Source: Raillietiella orientalis
Taxonomy: Eukaryota
Assembly (NCBI GenBank): GCA_036172245.1
Contig: JAYWIR010000004.1
Coordinates: 6,014,001 to 6,078,000 of the forward strand
DNA length: 64,000 bases
Direction: 5' to 3'
Positions within the stretch are counted from its first letter, which is position 1, and each line of letters opens with the position of its first letter. Below, one piece after another: positions 41,201 through 53,910 of the stretch. A program made the position numbers and the translations under genes. The notes below the pieces were generated by a model. That model saw only the letters and a program-made list of their open reading frames with translations, did no database searches and was not told the origin of the DNA.

Positions 41201-42199
41201 CTCGAATGAATGAGATGCGCCTGTGCTGGTTGTTCAGCTTCGTTTTCTTGCTGCCCTGGAGCTTGGAACATTCGTTATTAATTATTTTGAAGAAATTCTA
41301 GATGTGAAAGTGAACACGAATTTGTTTGGACGACGCTGTGTAGTTAAATTACCAAATTAAGACCTTGGTAAAAATAAAACAAAAAAAAAGGTATGGAAGC
41401 TGAGACTTCCTGATCTTTATTGAAGCTCAAGTTTGTTTTCGATGATCCTGCGGTTTTTGTTTTCAAATTCATCCTCCAACCGAATTAGCTCATTCTCAAG
41501 AAAATTTCTTCTTGCTATCATATTCATCCTTCATAGTTGTATGCATTCATTGTGACTATCTAAATCTTATGAGAAGTGTGGCACACTGATTACTTCTCGA
41601 AGATTTTTTCATTTTTTCAATCATCTTCGTATTCAAAGCGTCCTGTGGACTACTTATAATAGGAAAACATATACACAGTGTTTATCTTCAAGCTGCCAAG
41701 TGGCAAAGTCAAATTTCCAAAAACCCCTTTTTCATCTTTCATTTTGCGCAAAACGACCGTCACCTGAAACTCCGAACAGCGAGCGAACTCTCTAAATGTG
41801 CACCACAGTTCAAGGTAGGTGGATCGTAACGCCGAAGCACCACCCAAACAGGTCACCTGGCTTCACCAAGTATCGCCTATGGCATTTCGTACTTACTATG
41901 TACCAACTCTCTACGCACCCACCATTTAATAAATAAGAAAATTCTAGGCACGTGCCAGCCCTCAAGTGATGCTTCCCAGTGAGTAATTACTCGGACTAAG
42001 AACTACAAATCACCCAAACTTAGACAACTGGCATCTGAAGATGTGCAACACTTACCCAAGAAACTGCACTCCCATGCACAACTTATGTGCAAGCTTATGT
42101 CCACACCGTCATCCAATCAATGACAGATGTAGAGCTAAAGTTTACTCTGCTATCTTCGAACGATCCTAAGGTACAACCCAACAAAATATCTTGCGCGTA

Positions 42200-43260
42200 A
42201 TGAACGATTCTAACATTATTAGTGTGTATTTGTTTGTATTAATATTTGGATGTAAGGAACTCCAAATGCTGATGCAGACATTTCCAGTACTATCATGAAT
42301 ATCACAGATATTCCAGTCCAATGTTTCACGCTCTCCATACCAAATTTACAAAATTGACAATCCAAATATTCCATTCTCAGATCCAATGCACGCGAAAGAC
42401 CTCTGAAAGAGCACATCAACCTATTGTGTCTTCTCAAACACAGTAAGATGAAGCAGTGGGCACTTTGACATGCATGGGATCTTTGCTAAGCAACTGATTC
42501 TGGAACACGCAGCATACTGGCTGTCTTATCACTTAGGCCATATCAGTCACATCTACAGCAATCAACAAGTCGTCAATCTCGATCTAACCGGAAGCTCCAA
42601 TGACTACTTAAACTACAATTCAATGAAAGGTATCAAAAACATCAACCTTTTTGGTAGAAAGACCATACAAAACTATTGTACAACTCGTGTATCTTCATAC
42701 TTAGTAATTGTCAAACAAATGCAACTTCTGAAAAATGGAATATCGTATACAGTACTACCTGCAAACCTATCTATTCAAATAATTTGAAGCCTCGATTCTG
42801 GTTTATCCCAACCATGCACTCCACGAGGCACATCAAGAGCCAACCCACCATAGAAGCCTTTTAATACTCCCCTCGCTTTCACCGGCAACTTGGTTCCTAT
42901 TGCTATGAGAGGAGTGATTCTAGTTCACTTTGCAGAACCTCATCAGAATGAAAAAATGGATTTTTTTTTAATACGTAGTGTGTACAAACAAAGCAATCAT
43001 ATCTCTGACCAGCAATTTGTGGAACAGCATTGGTTGCCATCATTGGCAGCCAGGAATGTGCATACGACTGAGACCTACGAAAAACGGTTTTCTTGTCTGC
43101 TCTTGTTTCTGTGATTTTCAGAATGAATCACGCTCAGATCTAACTAATCCAGTATACGACCACGTTTCATCTGGTCTTCCAATGGAAGAAAAAGTACTAA
43201 CTAATGTTGATCACCAACTAGGTGCTTTTCTTTTCAGTATTTAGGTCAGGGCAATTCAGG
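42200..43260 (+). mobile_element. Decayed L1-clade ORF2 3' half
   Basis: NINLFGRKTIQNYCTTRVSSYL (LS..GR..post-RT motif, 42640-42700) and a zinc-knuckle-like CSCFCDFQNES (about 43100-43130). Confidence 0.45.
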
Positions 43261-46200
43261 AACCGTTACATCCTACCATCGAAGTGGATGAAGATGGTTT
43301 ACCGTTTAGATAATGAACATTTGTTTATTTGTTGGAATCCTACCTCAGCAAGTATATCAAAGAGTAGTCAAATCCCTTAAGTTTTCAAGTTTGCGTATTC
43401 CTAAACCATGCTCTCCAATTGAGTACCTCAGAATCGATACATTTCCCTATAAATCCATGCAACCAACCAAAAAGTGATCACACAGCAGCGTTATAAAGAA
43501 ATGGGAGTAGATGCTTTTTCTTCTAACCTTCTCCCTTTTTCCATTAGGAAACTAAAGGAAATCGTCGAAACAAAGCTTTCCATTTTTTCCCATCCGGTTC
43601 TGAAGTATACAATAATTTTATCCATATTCGGAAATAGGAAACAAAACAAGTACATGCGTCCAATTTACGGAAGTTGCAAGCGCATCCTCTCGTTCTTTTA
43701 AGTTTCAAGACATCTGAAGCACACAGCGTGCTTCTATGCATATACTGCTAGCGCAGCAAAGCTGGTTCATCTGTTTAAAGAAGCAACCACTTTTCTGAAA
43801 CCGATACTGTGAAGAAGGACTCTGTGGAATCGAAAGACAGTGAGTGTTCAACAGACAACCAAAAGACATTTTCAGACGGTGTGGAGTTTCTGAGGGACCA
43901 AGTGCTATGTGGCTTTTCTGGTTAGCGCCTAGTTGGCGAGATGGAAGGTTCGTTTAAAGTTTCAAGAGAAGAGTACATTGTCCAATGTGTTCTCTGGTAT
44001 CACACGAAAAATCAGCTGCGGATGAATCTCCTATGTATGTCTTTTGCTTTCTTTGCTAACTAGTTGTTGTATTTAGCTTATTTCATCTACTTTCGTATGT
44101 GTCAGAAACGCGTAGATCTACAAATCTCTATATAAACCGTTTGATTCCCTAGGGGTTTCGATAAATGCAAAAAAGAAGTGTGAATTTTCTTGAACTCATT
44201 CCAGCAGGGAATATAGAACAGGTGCATAGAGGTTTAGATACAGACCGGTTTTTTTCAGTCTGCTTCGAGGGCTCCTGAACATAACCTTTTTATAAGATGC
44301 TTTCCAGATCCATAGTTGAGTTTGCTTCTTCATAGAACGGTTTGAAATATTCCGAAAAGCGTCTGTGGGTCACAGTTTGCGTGCCCCTAAACCATCAAAA
44401 GGAGATTAGTTCTGGACAAAGATTTGCGATTGCAGCCTCTCATCATTCAAAGTTTTGATGATAAGTTTTTGATGGAAATATTCGAATAAAATGAAGTTTC
44501 TTAGAATTGCATATACAGAGAACGCTGATTTTTCAATGCACACTGCACAAATGCTGAACTTTCCACCAGCAGTGTACTGCTGTAAGCAAATATTTCGATT
44601 TGATTTGTATGCGTGGTGTGTACGTAGCTAAAAGCATTGGGTTTTCTTCACAAACTGTTTTAGTCATTGAAACCAGAAAGTCAGTTGTTGTTTTTTTTTT
44701 GTGCTCAGTGTTTTTTCTGCGGGTGTATTTATATTAAAAGGCAATACAATACAGTAATAGTAATAATATTGTGTGGTTTTGTGTATTTGCGTACACTTTT
44801 CGTATATTTACGTGATAGTCTGCAATAGAGTATGACACAATAGATACTTATTTCGTTCTTCTTTATGAATATATTTTTCTACATAATGTGGCGGAGTATG
44901 TTGTAGAGTAACCCTGTATACTACATTTCTATATTGCATTATTTACTATAATGGTGAGCACCATAATGGTACACAAAACTACATCGTTTAAATACGGCGT
45001 TACACTTCACAATCCTACAATGTACTCTTTTGCCATGCTACTTATTGTATAGTATTCTACAGTGTATTACATTTTACAGATTTCTGTTCAGCACAACCAC
45101 TTTGAAATTATTTGCCTTTTTCATTTGTTTAGAAGCTGAAAGCTATAGCTAGGCGATTCGCATCGTCACAGCATTGAAGAAAAAGCAGGCGCATTTGCAA
45201 AAGAACACTATTTTCCATTGCAAAAGCATTTTTAGCGTTATACACATTTCGAAAGCAGGAAGCTAAGTGAAGGGAAACGGATATCGAATTTTAATTGGGG
45301 AGAGGAAATTCGTTCAACTGGAAACAGGTGTTTTAAAAATTCATTCAGCTTCGCTTTGTCAGTTCCCCGGCAGCCCACATCAAGCCAAAGAGTCCGAAGA
45401 ACTTTCTTTTTCACCGTTTCCTTTTTTGGGAATTCTCTTTTGTTTCTTCATACTTCAGCTCTTAGCAGGTTGCAAACTGCTACCTCATAATATTAGTTTG
45501 AACAGGCTGCTCGTGACCTGACAAATCTGCTTGCAACGATGGATTTGGAGGTTTTTCAAAGTTGTCTCCGTTGAGCATCAGTAGCACCGACTGGAGCAAT
45601 TTGTAATCTATAATTAAAGTCATTAGGACCAAGGACGAGTTCGGGTTAATGTGCGAGTATTCGTTTCAATGATTCCTGCTTCGCTACTGCCTACATTTTT
45701 GCGTTGTCTGGTCTAGTTTTTAGAGTTTGCTTGAAGAAGAATACGGTTATCCTGGGACCCCAGAGACAAGGCCGCGTTCTTCCTAAAACAGATGAAAATC
45801 CGACGGGGTACTTCTCACATTTGATGCTGCTTTCAGTTCAGCTCTTATAGAACCAAGTAGGCAATCCTTCCTGTTAAGGATCTGCTAATGGAGGGAAATT
45901 GATCAGTGTTTTTCTTTAGGCCTAATCTTCAGAAGTCTGAAAGCAGTCAGTATTGACATATAGTACACGCCTCTGGCAAATTAAGTAGTACTAAGTCTTC
46001 CGCTTAAATGATTGGTGATTACACACAGTCTGCTTCATTCTCCGCCCGTGGCAATTTTTTGTGTAGAATTCCAGGTGCTTACGTAAATGGAGGAATAATC
46101 TTGAAAGATCAGATCAATAAGAATCGGCCTCTGCGGCAGGACTGCAGGAATTCTTTCCACCTGTACGTGCTGTTTATAAACTTTGTCAATCGTTTAGGGA

Positions 46201-47176
46201 TTATACAATCTATTACACCCTGACAGTGAGAAAGCTATCCTCACTAACTGTTGCATCTTCATGATTTTGGGAGACATTAGAGAGTGCCTCATATTTTGTG
46301 GGCATGTTCTCTGAAGACCGTGAGACAGACACTCCTATTGCTCATTTCTTATAGAAGACAATTGTTCTGGATAATACTGTTGTAACCTCTGATTATCATT
46401 AGCATGCAATCATTCAATGCCAAACGGGCTCTTTGCTGGTGTTTTTTACTATCTACTAGGCACTGCACCCCACTTTGCTATTAGATTCACGTAGTCGTTG
46501 TTTTCCCGATCAAAATGTAAGCTGCTCAGATCAGTGATCAATAGCGTATAATGCGATGCATTAAAGGATGAAAGTATTGGAAAAGCTCCTTGATGAAGAT
46601 ACGCTGTGCCTTGGAAAAAGGATTCGCGCATTCCGTCTTTCAGCATGCCGTGCACGAATATTAAAAGTTTTTTTTTTTTTGAAGAGAACAGTTTATAGGC
46701 AATGAAAATTTATTGGAATTTTTCACAGAAACTACCTGTGTGTTTCTTTGCCTTGCTCCTTCTGTATTCCAATCTTGATTTAGTTTTCACTGCGAAGTGC
46801 TGAGAAATACGAGAAGAAGAAATGCTGATGCTATCCTCTGTTCTTAACAATAAGCATTCATCAAGCACATTCTTTTCTTCTCGTGTAAACAAAAGGAGAT
46901 GATGACTGTATTCTAATCAAGGCTCTTTTCCGGTCGCTCTTGTAGTGGTTTCTGAATCTGAAACGGAAGTTCTCAATGGAAAAAGTGTTGACTTCTCAAG
47001 GGAACTAATGTTGTAAAATACTTCAACCTGAAATAATTTCCTTGAGAACAAAGCAGTTTCAATTACGTTTCAGGTAGTTTCAAACAATAATTCACGGTTA
47101 CCAGCAACACAAATTATGGAAATTAGCATCCTTAACATCCTTATCAACGAAATTTTGAGGAGTCAAAGATTTTTAA

Positions 47177-48901
47177 CTTCTTAAGCGAGTGTGATGTAAT
47201 CTATTCGTTTTGCAAAGGCACCACTGTGGTGCGTTCGACGAATATATGCGCGGTGTGGAAAAAACACGAAATTTCAGTAAGAAGTTGACATAAAAATCTC
47301 ATTTATTCGTGCATTTTACTTATATTCTGATAGGGACTGCAATGGGCAGTGACCTCATTAATTTTTATCAGAACTATTTTTTAAATTAATTGAAGTATGC
47401 CGACCAAACAAAAGATTCTTCCTTTTCCTTTTTACAAACTGGGTTTGTTTAGGCCTAATCTACATAATTTTTACATAATTGAAGTTCCACAAACTTTGCC
47501 TACAAGCTCTATAAACTTTTAAAACTTTAATTATTTTCCTCAATTAAGGCTTGAAATGATTCGTTTGAGCAAAAAGTGATCTCTGCAAGGCATAGACGTA
47601 ATTTCAGTTTTTTCATTTTGAAGGTAACCAAAGAATGACTTCAAGAAGCGGAATTTCCAAAATTGAAACTGGAAAAATATTCAGCATAAATGCAGATCCT
47701 TATATACTTTCCAGAACAAGACATTTGTGAATCCTTGTTGTTGTGGAAAGGGCGATTGTCTTGGAAGCAGTATATATACCTTCTAAAAGGAGTCGTTTTG
47801 GAATGAAATGTTTTGTCTTATGCGAAAGTCAACCTGGATAGATTTGGAATTTCTGAGCATACATTGGCACAAATACAGGAGGTGGTCAAAATCATCCTCA
47901 ATATAATAAGACTGCGACTCGCATGGTTCTTGAACTTTCTCATCGCCTATTAAGCCAGGGACATAAATTCTATTTAAATAATTGGTACACAAGTATAGAG
48001 CTAGCACAGAAACTATGTACTTGTAGGACACATTATTGGTACAATGCGACAGCAGAGACTTGGCATTCCTGAAGATTTGAAAACAATTTCTCTAAAGAAA
48101 GGTCGGTATACTGCAAGATAAAACAACAAAATAATGTTATTGAAGTGGTGGTACAAAAGGGATGTACTGTTCCTCAGTACTACACATGGCGGCGATATGG
48201 TGGAAACAGAGAAACGAGGTGTTGTAAAGGGAAGGCTTGAAGTGGTTGTTGGCTATGAAAAAAAAATGGGTACAGTGGATAGAAGCGATGCAGCATATGA
48301 GCTGGCAAGAAAGAGGTTAAAGAAGTATTAAAGGAAAATATTCTCCATCTTTTAGACGCTATGTGCTTGAATTCATATTATATGAAAAAAAGAATGGAAA
48401 ATTAAAGTGATTCAGTTCTTTTGCTCGAATGCATTGAACAAATTATTGAGGAATCTTCAGCTCAAGAAACTGTGACAATTGGTCGACCAGTTGCCAAGGC
48501 TATACCTCTCATCGGAAACCATTCTCCACATTTTATACCATCTACATTATCGAAAAATAGTGCATCGCGAAGATGCATCTATGTGATCAAAAAAATGGCA
48601 TTTGTAGGGAAACACGATGCTGGTGCTTAACCTGTGAGGTGCCACTTTGTGTCGTATCTTGCTTTGGAAAATATCATGCTTCAGAATCAGATTGAATTCC
48701 TCATGAGTTCTTTATTTTTCCTATGCATCAAGTTTTTCATTTTCTGTCAATAGCGGAATTTTTATGAATAAATCTTTTTCTTTTTTCTCCATTGAAACTT
48801 ACAATAGATACATTTGCTGTGCGTTTGACATATTCGTTAAAGCCAATTTTAATTACGCACCCACGGATGCACTTTTGAAAAAAAATCACTCTCTTAACAG
48901 G
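47177..48901 (+). mobile_element. piggyBac-family DNA transposon, internally deleted and non-autonomous
   Basis: TTAA at 47173-47176 and 48902-48905. Imperfect terminal inverted repeats: left CTTCTTAAGCGAGTG, right (reverse complement) CCTGTTAAGAGAGTG, with further subterminal similarity (GTGGTGCGT / GTGGGTGCGT). Encloses a decayed transposase. Confidence 0.85.
47640..48695 (+). pseudogene. Degenerate piggyBac (PGBD4-like) transposase, C-terminal half
   Basis: Frameshifted segments ESLLLWKGRLSWKQYI/PSKRSRFGMKCFVLCES, GHKFYLNNWYTS (catalytic D read as N), KRDVLFLSTTH, YEKKMGTVDRSD, and a Cys-rich tail RETRCWCLTCEVPLCVVSCFGKYH ending at TGA 48693-48695; several in-frame stops. Confidence 0.9.
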
Positions 48902-49049
48902 TTAAAGTGTCAGTTTCATTATTAAATTATTTTGCACAAAAGTTTCCATGATTCATTTCTTGAGAATCATTCTTCAACTTGATTCAGTTTACGTAAATGC
49001 AGTTAATGGATTCCGGTGTGTTGACTAAGATTTGAAGATATCATGCAAG

Positions 49050-50800
49050 AAATGGTAGTCTGTCCCTCTGCCAAACCACATCTATGAATGGAATGGTGGG
49101 AGATCTCTGGAAGACTCACTGGCTTTCAAAACTCTTTGCATTCCAAATTCAACAAGATTCATACAAACAAATGTGTGGATAGCCTAAGCTTCTTGCTTTC
49201 TAAACGCCCCGCAATGGTCCCATGTTGCAACATGATGAACAGAACTCTTGAAATGATGTTTTCATTTGCCTCAATCTTGCAGAGCCGCTTATCGCGAATT
49301 ATGGGGCTGCAACTGAACCCTGGTAGTTCCTTGAAATCCCATTTGTCTGCAAACACCGCTGTAAACCCTTAAAAAAATAATATCCCTTGGTTCAGAGTCG
49401 CATAATTCTCTTTGTGTGAAAAAGCGTAGACTGTTTGAGTGCATCACTAATATTCAAAGTGAGGCCTTGTTGTCCACCCACCGGCAATCTTCTAACCATA
49501 AATCCACCAAAGATGAATTTCCAAGCAAAGATAACCAAGAAGGGCTTTAAAAGCCAGTATGAAAGAGTTTGCAATTTTTTGTCACAGCATTTGCATTTTT
49601 TCTGCACTTGTTTTGTAGATACAAACTGCTTTCGAGCTCGGATCTCTGGAGAGCCGTTCAATCGTCCTGGTAACCCTCAGGCAACGTATTCAGACTGGTA
49701 CAAATGGAGTCTATTTATATTCGAAATAGCATCTCGGCGTTTTGTAACATCCATCGAGAATCTAGTTCTTTGAATATTCCCTTAAACGTAATTTTGCACG
49801 TCCAGACTATGGGGAAACAGGACGAGGTAAACGGATGTAAAGAGGAAATTGGTAGCTAACGCACGCAATATGCTAACCAAGATTCTCCGAGGAGATTTTC
49901 GCTTCTAAATTAGAAAGTCAGCTCATCTCATGTAAGCTTGCTGATGTCAAGTGAGTCTCCATTCTAGCAACTGTTGGTCCTTTACGCGAATCTTGATCAA
50001 GAAGCTCAAATATTAGTGATGCGGGTAATCTTATGTAGTCTTATGTCACCTACGTAAGGCTACCATGAATACATAATATCTGGCCCTTCCGCTGCCATAT
50101 CCTCAAATGAGGGAAGACACTGATTATGCATATTCGATAGCATCCCTCCACTGGAAGGTGAAAATGCAACAGTAAGAATTCTGTTTAATTTTCCAGTTCA
50201 TTAAATGTTTGACTTGCTCTTAAACTCATACCAATCATCTGAAGCTTTCTTCATTTCGCTCTGTGTTTCTTGTGATCATTCTCGAAATATATTTGAGATG
50301 CCCTATGTGCACCAAAAAGATCACCAATCATGAGCTCATCCGTCACTCTAGAGGCCATCAAACCTGATTTTTCGTCTGGACTCTTCAACCGTAGGCATTC
50401 TCAGTACGATGTTCCAGTCCATTCTCCTTGGACCTTAAAAGGTCCCCGAGAATCCGTTGTAAATGAATTGAAGGAAGGCTGCTGCATGCATCCTCCGACC
50501 TCGTTCTATCTCCGGAGCAATGCAATTCTCAAAAGACATGGTTTCGAAAGATATCGCGCAGTTCCAGAAGCAGCGAGCTCGTGCGTAAATTCGTTTACAT
50601 ACATGAACGGAAAGCGGACCTGTTTCCTCTAGTTCTGACTCATCACAGATAGAGGCCAAAGATCGAATTGCAAGCTTTCTTTTTCTGTTTCCTGAGTATG
50701 TGCTCCAGCATTGGCTTCTGGTCTCAGAATCTCTAATTTCACGGCAAAATCTGCTTCCATGTTTAGTTTGCCTTCCTCGAACGAGATTCAAGTGTTCTCG
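49050..50800 (-). mobile_element. Decayed L1/Tx1-like ORF2: RT core plus post-RT region
   Basis: Ordered motifs PLSVHVCKRIYARA, GRRMH, KLNRILTVAF, EGC...IISVFPHLRI, PYVGDI (YADD-like, 50042-50059), YLVLF, then KFIFGG...LPVGGQQGLTL...KRIMRL (FIW.G...LP..EGGLGL-like, 49400-49520). Confidence 0.6.
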
Positions 50801-51233
50801 AAAGCACCGGGCATCACTGTGAATCTGTCCCTATCGTTTGCTTGCGTTTCACCTTCTGCTCACTGATCAAACTCGTTCAGCATCGTAAGCTCTGGGTGCT
50901 TGCGATCCTGCTTTCCAGTGGGTCCTCGCTCGTCCACGTTAGCAGCGGATCCTAGTGGCAGAGGTCAGACAAGAAGGCGTCCTACCTCTGGTGAATGCAA
51001 GGTACACCTCCCCCTACTAACCGCGACTAGGGGATTCCCTACGAGCCGGTAGGGGGAGATGTCTCCGAGAGGAGGAAATGCTGGCGAGCGCCCAGGAGCC
51101 AAGTGGAGGCACGTGCTGGAGTCGCGAAATTTGACGAGTGATCCTCATGTAGGGCACATCGCTCCCTACGAGCCGCATAAGATGACCCCACCAAGAGACG
51201 GCGTGCAGAGTGTGTGCATCCCACCTGCTCCCT

Positions 51234-51408
51234 AAACGCTTGGTAGGGCACGTAACCCTCGACCAACAGCATAGAGCATGTGCTGCAACCTAGCAGGAAT
51301 CCCGAAAACGCATGGGGCCAGTCAACTACCGATGGGCGTTGCCAGGAGGAAGCACCGGACCTTTTCTCATTCCAACGGTGGGAGATTCCCGTGGTCTAAG
51401 TCGGAGGT
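51234..51408 (+). repeat. Dispersed repeat, inverted partner of 53410-53583
   Basis: about 175 nt align to the reverse complement of 53410-53583, including a 24-nt identical run TGTGCTGCAACCTAGCAGGAATC-containing block; roughly 80-85% identity by eye. Confidence 0.9.
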
Positions 51409-51509
51409 GCCTCGCCTGCTTCTTGAGCAGCAGCGCACCACTACCACTGCGTGGGAGGCGGAAGCACCATCGAGAGACGTGCAGGGGAACCGCTTACACC
51501 GTTCTAGGA

Positions 51510-51975
51510 ACCTGTCCCTGATGCAGACACCCCTTGGGACGCTCTGCATCCGCTCGTGGAATGCAAGAGGATGCAGGCGGCATGCGAACGTTTTTCGATG
51601 GCTCTCCGACTCCCAGCGGTCAAATCCAGGGTCGTTTTCTTCGTGCGAAGAGGGATGCTCTTCGGCGATCACAGTGCTCTCTGCGGCACCCTCGCAGCAA
51701 GGAACGGACAGAAGAACAGAAACTGCATCCCCACTGTGACCTCCTCAAGAAATGCCAGGCAGAGAGCTGCAGTACGGGGCGCGAAGAGAGATTTCGAGAA
51801 GAGAGATTTTCGTTTGCCGTGTGGAAGAATACGACGTTTCTCCTGGAGAGGCGGGATAGTAAGGAGACTGGGAGAGGATCGATGGAAATGAGTGGGGAGC
51901 AAGACATTCCATCCTCTTGCAATTGAAGGCGAACCAGATCGACCTATAAATAGAGACGCGTGAAGACATCTTGTT
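51510..51975 (+). mobile_element. Decayed APE-type endonuclease fragment of a non-LTR element (N-terminal part)
   Basis: LCIRSWNARG (51542-51571), VVFFV(Q)E with a 1-nt insertion, ITVLSAAP, and CG(E)YDVLLERRD (GDFN-like, with indels). 51843-51967 is homologous to 58181-58306. Confidence 0.55.
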
Positions 51976-52299
51976 GCTTAGAATTACTGAAGAACCTTTC
52001 GCTTCCTTGGGTGGGGCGCACGAAGTTCTTTAACATCTGTTTTCACCACCAGAGGGTGCGTGCAACTCGCGTTCACTGTTCCACTCATTGGCGGTAAATA
52101 CTCCGGCGGTCAATGGGCGCCTCCGGATCGGATGACAGAGCATTGCTCGCGCGTTGCACCACCCTGACTAGACAGGCCCGGGGAGCGAATCAAGAGATTC
52201 TTCTCCAGTCTTTGAAGTCGCCATGTGCGAGGCTAGCGATGATTCAAATGGAATTTTCAGAGAGATTGCAGAAAGCTGCATTTCAGAAAGATAGGAGAC

Positions 52300-53400
52300 C
52301 TTTCACATGACCCATCATTTCAACCGGCATGGTTGAAATGGTCTTGTTTCCCTTCGGCAACCGAGTTCGTGAAGGAGGCTGCCGACAACCTGTGCAAAAG
52401 AAAGATTCGGTGATCCACAATCCTTATCCCCTCCCCTGCATTCCTTCCCATCTTTCAAACCATCAAGGCGAAATCCTGCTGAGGCTCAGGCTATGTACCT
52501 CGCCCTCTTTTATTTATTTACTCACTGTCTCCTCTTTTCGACCAACTCATTGCAACCTTTGCCCATACTTTTCCTCTCTCGTCCCCTGTGGATCTCCATA
52601 TGCATAATACATGCATTTTGCATAAGAGCCTCTGCGTTTTCTTGTCAATAAATGCTCCGACGCAGCTCCGGGTAAAAATCATTGCCGCTGACAGATGGAT
52701 GGGGTGGGTGAAGCTATTATTTTGTAGGCAGGAGACGGTGAAGGGGAATCTGATCTTCATAGCATCCATGGCCGGTAGTTCATTTCTGCCTGGATTCGTA
52801 GTCGCAATTTCCATGGCTACAGAAGTGTGCGTCTCGGCGTGACCGCCCGAAGGGGTAAACGATGTCTCTGGCCAAAACCGAATTCAAGGGTCCTCTTGAA
52901 CCTTTGGCTGAATTGAGAATTTCTGCAATTTGTGGACATCGGCGATATTTTTCCCTCGTGTCACGAGAAAACAACATACTAGAAAAAACATATAGAGGTT
53001 GTCGTGGAGTCATCTCCTGTCGTGAACAGATCCATTAGGTTTTCATTAACTAGTGCTGAATTTAATAACCACTGAAATTTGCTTCCAGTCTTACAAAAGC
53101 GTTGCATAACACTGCAGAGGACGTCCTTCTGTGCAAGAAGTTTCATAATCATCAAAACCTTTAGAGAAAACAAGTGTCTTTCCATAGAAGGTTTAATGAA
53201 CAAATGGATGTCTCACGAGATTCAGCCTTCTTCCAGCGATACACAAATAGCATGCCTTCGTTGCGGGACTCTGTTGGTCTGCGCAGCCTCCTCGGAAATA
53301 GCGCTCCATTGTGACAGCAGTCTCCGTAGTCGAAGAATGGTCAACCATTTACCAATTAATGGGATAAGAGGCCTAAATTCAACGGAAATAGGCAAGGATT
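52300..53400 (-). mobile_element. Decayed L1-clade RT and post-RT fragment
   Basis: KGFD (KAFD-like, 53151-53162), VMQRFCKTGSKFQWL...ALVNENLMDLF, a YADD-like remnant near 52830-52841, then QNNSFTHPIHL...LCIWRSTG. Confidence 0.45.
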
Positions 53401-53409
53401 CTAGCCTTG

Positions 53410-53583
53410 ACCTCGCCAGCTTGATTACGGGAATCCCCCACCGCTGGAATCTGAAAAGGTTCGGTGCTTCCTCCTGGTTACGCCCATCAGTGGTTGACTG
53501 CCCATGCGCTTTCGTGATTCCTGCTAGGTTGCAGCACAGGCTCTATGCTGCCGGTCGAGGGTCACGTGCCCTACCAGGCGTTT
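53410..53583 (-). repeat. Dispersed repeat, inverted partner of 51234-51408
   Basis: reverse complement aligns to 51234-51408. Confidence 0.9.
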
Positions 53584-53649
53584 GATCCATGGAATGCGCT
53601 AGAGGGTCCCTCTCCGAGATGGGAGTCGGGGGGGGGGGGGAAGGCTCAA

Positions 53650-53910
53650 TTTTCACAATCGGACCCCCAATGGAAACCGACTCCTCGATTCCTGGAAGGA
53701 CCCCGTAGGTTCCAATCCCGGAATCCCGGCCTGTCAACAGAAGCAGATGGTTTTCCGCCGGTGAGGCACCCGAAGCCCGTGGGCCGATCAGCACCATCCT
53801 GCAAGGGACGCACGACGCACCCATTTTCGGTTTCGGCAGGGATTCGAACCCGCAAAGCACCGTACCGCGCGCGGAGGCCGCAGCCCCACGACCGTTAGCG
53901 CAGGCTCCTC
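53650..53910 (-). mobile_element. tRNA-derived SINE-like element (Pol III A and B boxes)
   Basis: B box GGTTCGAATCC at 53850-53840 inside a T-arm-like stem; A-box-like TGCGCTAACGG at 53902-53892; 41-nt spacing; no acceptor stem, so not a tRNA gene; 3' limit uncertain. Confidence 0.5.

Noticed and set aside
49050..50800. Endogenous orthomyxovirus PB2 and PA (RTRF, LHLYQ, FIFGGF, RSLAS look influenza-like)
   Set aside because: The same frames carry L1 RT motifs in correct order and spacing (PISLL-like, QGC-like, YADD-like, FIW.G..LP..GGL-like). The viral reading needs large deletions and a segment fusion. An HMM search would settle it.
52300..53250. Endogenous orthomyxovirus PB1 (TGDDS, MEIA..GRNE, GSPNL)
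   Set aside because: KGFD followed by VMQRF...FQWL...VNENL...F fits the L1 RT KAFD region better, and PB1 has SDD rather than GDD.
53835..53910. Functional tRNA gene
   Set aside because: No acceptor-stem pairing or clear anticodon arm; treated as a SINE-like head.
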